Below are positions 62,013-64,000 of a stretch of 64,000 nt of DNA, piece after piece. Numbering within the stretch: the stretch's first letter is position 1; the number at the start of each line of letters is the position of its first letter. The notes beneath the pieces are model-generated. The model was given only the letters and a program-made list of their open reading frames with translations, ran no database searches and was not told where the DNA came from. The stretch is from an uncultured Planctomycetaceae bacterium (lineage in GTDB: Bacteria > Planctomycetota > Planctomycetia > Planctomycetales > Planctomycetaceae): contig CAWFGE010000012.1 of assembly GCA_963815195.1 (NCBI GenBank), forward strand, positions 785,220 through 849,219, given 5' to 3'. Both the position numbers and the translations under genes were made by a program.

Positions 62013-62878
62013 ATGAAAAAAATCCTGATTCAACTCGACACCGATTCGCTGCCCAGCACGTTTGATCGCGTGGTGGCGGTGGATGCGGGGGTGGATCAGG
62101 TCTTCAGCTACGGCGGCGTCACGCCCGAGAATGTGGAACCCTTGATCCACGGCGGGATGTTCACACGGGGGCCTAAGGACCTCAAATCGACGGCGGTGTT
62201 CATCGGCGGGAGCCAGGTCTCCAAGGGCGAAGAGCTTTTCCAGCGGGTCTCCAGGGTGTTCTTCGGCCCGATGCGGTTGTCGGTGATGGTGGACTCCAAC
62301 GGCTCCAACACGACCGCCGCCGCCGCCGTGCTCGCCGCCCGCAAACATCTGGATTTCGCCGGCCAGCATGCTCTGGTGCTCGGCGGGACCGGGCCGGTCG
62401 GGATGCGGGTGGCTCAACTTTTGACGCAGAGCGGCGCGCAGGTCAACCTGGCATCGCGAACGCTGGACCGCGCCGTAAAACCTGCGAAGCCATCAAGAAA
62501 ATCGTGCCCGACGCGAACCTTACGCCCTGCGAAACACAGACCGAAGTCGGCAAACGCATCGCCACCAAGAACGTGTCGCTGATCATCGCCGCCGGGGCCG
62601 CGGGGATGGAGCTGTTGAGCGAAGAGGATTTGAAGCTTGCCGACAATGTAAAAGTCGCGATCGACTTGAACGCCGTGCCCCCGGCGGGCTTGGATAGCGT
62701 GGAGATCACCGACGAAGCCGTCGAGCGCCACGGCATCCTCTGTTACGGAGCCATCGGCGTGGGCGGGATGAAGATGAAAATCCACAAAGCCGCCCTCCAA
62801 AGCCTGTTCGAAGCCAACGACCGAGTCCTCGACACCGAAGCCCTGTTCCGCTTGGGCGAAGATTTGTTTGCCGATTGA
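62013..62878 (+). CDS. mtd: NAD(P)-dependent methylene-tetrahydromethanopterin dehydrogenase (MtdA/B/C family), frame broken at the A run 62477-62480
   Basis: MKKILIQLDTDSLPSTFDRVVAVDAGVDQVFSYGGVTPENVEPLIHGGMFTRGPKDLKSTAVFIGG...LVLGGTGPVG. The C-terminal half (KTCEAIKKIVPDANL...IIAAGAAGMELL...) is in ORF 62504-62878. One extra A restores ...LDRAVKTCEAIKK. Confidence 0.85.
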
Positions 62879-63082
62879 CGATCCGCGACAATGTGGATTT
62901 TGGTGAGCGGCCGGTTTTGGGAATCGCGAAACAACCACACAAATTACCGGCGGCTAGCGCCGTGCCGCTCAAGGATTTCTAGCGGGATTGCCCGCGGAGG
63001 CGAAGCGCGATAGGATCCATTTGACGGTGGAACACCACTTTGCCGATTGGCTCGCGCGTTTTATCCTTGAGGAACACATCGC

Positions 63083-63718
63083 ATGGCGGCGGATGATGCC
63101 ACGATCATGCAGGCGGTTCAGCAGGGGGACTTCGACCAGTTCGATGTCCTCGTGGAGCGGTATCGTCTGCCTTTGATTCGCGTGGCGGTCAGCAAATTGG
63201 GCGATGCGGCCTGGGCCGAGGACGTGGTGCAAGAGACCTTCCTCGCCGTGTTCGCCGCCCGGCGGACGTACAATCCGGAATTTGCCTTCCGCACCTGGCT
63301 GTGGACGATCCTGCTCAACCTCTGCCGGCGCGAACTCAAAAAACACCGCCGGCGGCCCCGGCAGGTCGCTGATTCCCAATGGCCTCCGGGTTCGCCAGCC
63401 CGGATTTCGAACGAACCGGTGGAACAGGAAACCGGACTGAGCCGTCTGCTTCAACTGGAACGCCGCGAGCAACTCAATCTGCTGCTGGGCGAACTTCCCG
63501 AACCGCAAGGCGACGCCCTGCGGCTGCGATTTTTCGGCGGGCTGAAGTTTTCCGAAATCGCCGACGCGATGAATTCCAGCGTCAGCGGAGCGAAACGCCG
63601 CGTGCAGAACGGATTGTTCGCGTTGGCCGAAAAACTCAAACACGACGATGAACACCTGGAACAAACCCGGCAAGAAGCCTTTCCCTCCGGAACCCGACAG
63701 CAAGGGGAACCGAAATGA
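63083..63718 (+). CDS. ECF-type RNA polymerase sigma-70 family factor
   Basis: Region 2 (YRLPLIRVAVSKLGDAAWAEDVVQETFLAVF ... FRTWLWTILLNLCRR) and region 4 (LPEPQGDALRLRFFGGLKFSEIADAMNSSVSGAKRRV). Confidence 0.9.
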   Translation: MAADDATIMQAVQQGDFDQFDVLVERYRLPLIRVAVSKLGDAAWAEDVVQETFLAVFAARRTYNPEFAFRTWLWTILLNLCRRELKKHRRRPRQVADSQWPPGSPARISNEPVEQETGLSRLLQLERREQLNLLLGELPEPQGDALRLRFFGGLKFSEIADAMNSSVSGAKRRVQNGLFALAEKLKHDDEHLEQTRQEAFPSGTRQQGEPK

Positions 63719-64000
63719 ACTGCGACGAAGCGTTTGATGCATTGACCAATGCGGATCAAATGAACAACCTGGCGTTGAAATGGCATTTGGAGTTTTGCCC
63801 CCGCTGCCGGGAGATGCAAAACGTCCTGGCCCCGGCTTTGGGATTGTTGGCCGAGGAGATTCAAGAACGCCGCTCGCAGAGTTCCAACCGCCTGGCGGAG
63901 TTCTTGGGCGAGAGCGATTCCGCGTCCGCGCGTCCGTCGAGCGGTCGGGGCACCGCGGCCGTTCCGTTTCTCACGCCGGAAGCGGTGCAAGTCGCCGAAG
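63715..64000 (+). CDS. Putative anti-sigma factor (zf-HC2-like), truncated by the window end
   Basis: The ATG at 63715 overlaps the sigma stop (ATGA). MNCDEAFDALTNADQMNNLALKWHLEFCPRCREMQ fits the H-x3-C-x2-C anti-sigma motif. The ORF is open to the window end. Confidence 0.65.
   Translation, partial: MNCDEAFDALTNADQMNNLALKWHLEFCPRCREMQNVLAPALGLLAEEIQERRSQSSNRLAEFLGESDSASARPSSGRGTAAVPFLTPEAVQVAE

Noticed and set aside
63020-63082. Autoregulated ECF promoter (GGAAC ... CGTT) upstream of the sigma factor gene.
   Set aside because: A GGAAC is present at about 63028, but the nearest CGTT lies about 23 nt downstream. That is too far for the usual 16-17-nt ECF spacer, so no supportable promoter call can be made.

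Overview
High-GC chromosomal segment whose gene content points to Planctomycetota (PVC group). The pointers are two giant PVC-type heme-binding CxxCH dehydrogenases, H4MPT-linked C1 genes (fae, mtd), many lipoproteins with proline-rich tails, and weak or absent Shine-Dalgarno sites. About 50 genes can be called.

Most genes are housekeeping or central metabolism: 6-phosphofructokinase, a HAD hydrolase, gnd, pckA, a LeuA/homocitrate-synthase-like enzyme, a phosphohexomutase, two Gfo/Idh/MocA oxidoreductases, and UvrD/PcrA. There are also envelope and secreted proteins, signalling genes (FHA plus GAF-cyclase, a PAS histidine kinase, an ECF sigma/anti-sigma pair) and a PspA/IM30 operon.

The left edge carries a tyrosine integrase abutting tRNA-Leu(CAA). 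A convergent XerC-like/XerD-like recombinase pair follows near 9.7-11.8 kb.

The findings I rate highest are:
- The XerC-like gene is precisely bracketed by inverted copies of a ~205-bp intergenic repeat, including a perfect 13-bp inverted repeat touching its start and stop.
- A PspA/IM30 gene appears co-transcribed with a 1208-aa all-transmembrane protein and a small overlapping ORF.
- A tandem pair of paralogous lipoproteins shares an uncharacterised domain and is followed by a DUF11 lipoprotein.
- At least four families of intergenic hairpin (REP-like) repeats are present.
- A visibly A/T-richer islet of three small ORFs lies at about 24.8-26.2 kb.

Data-quality caveat: at least ten conserved genes are split by single reading-frame breaks, mostly at or next to short homopolymer or simple-sequence runs where I could place the break. 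This looks like assembly indel error rather than biology. No CRISPR array, rRNA or obvious prophage body is present.

All calls rest on reading the sequence and the ORF translations by eye; no searches or computations were run.
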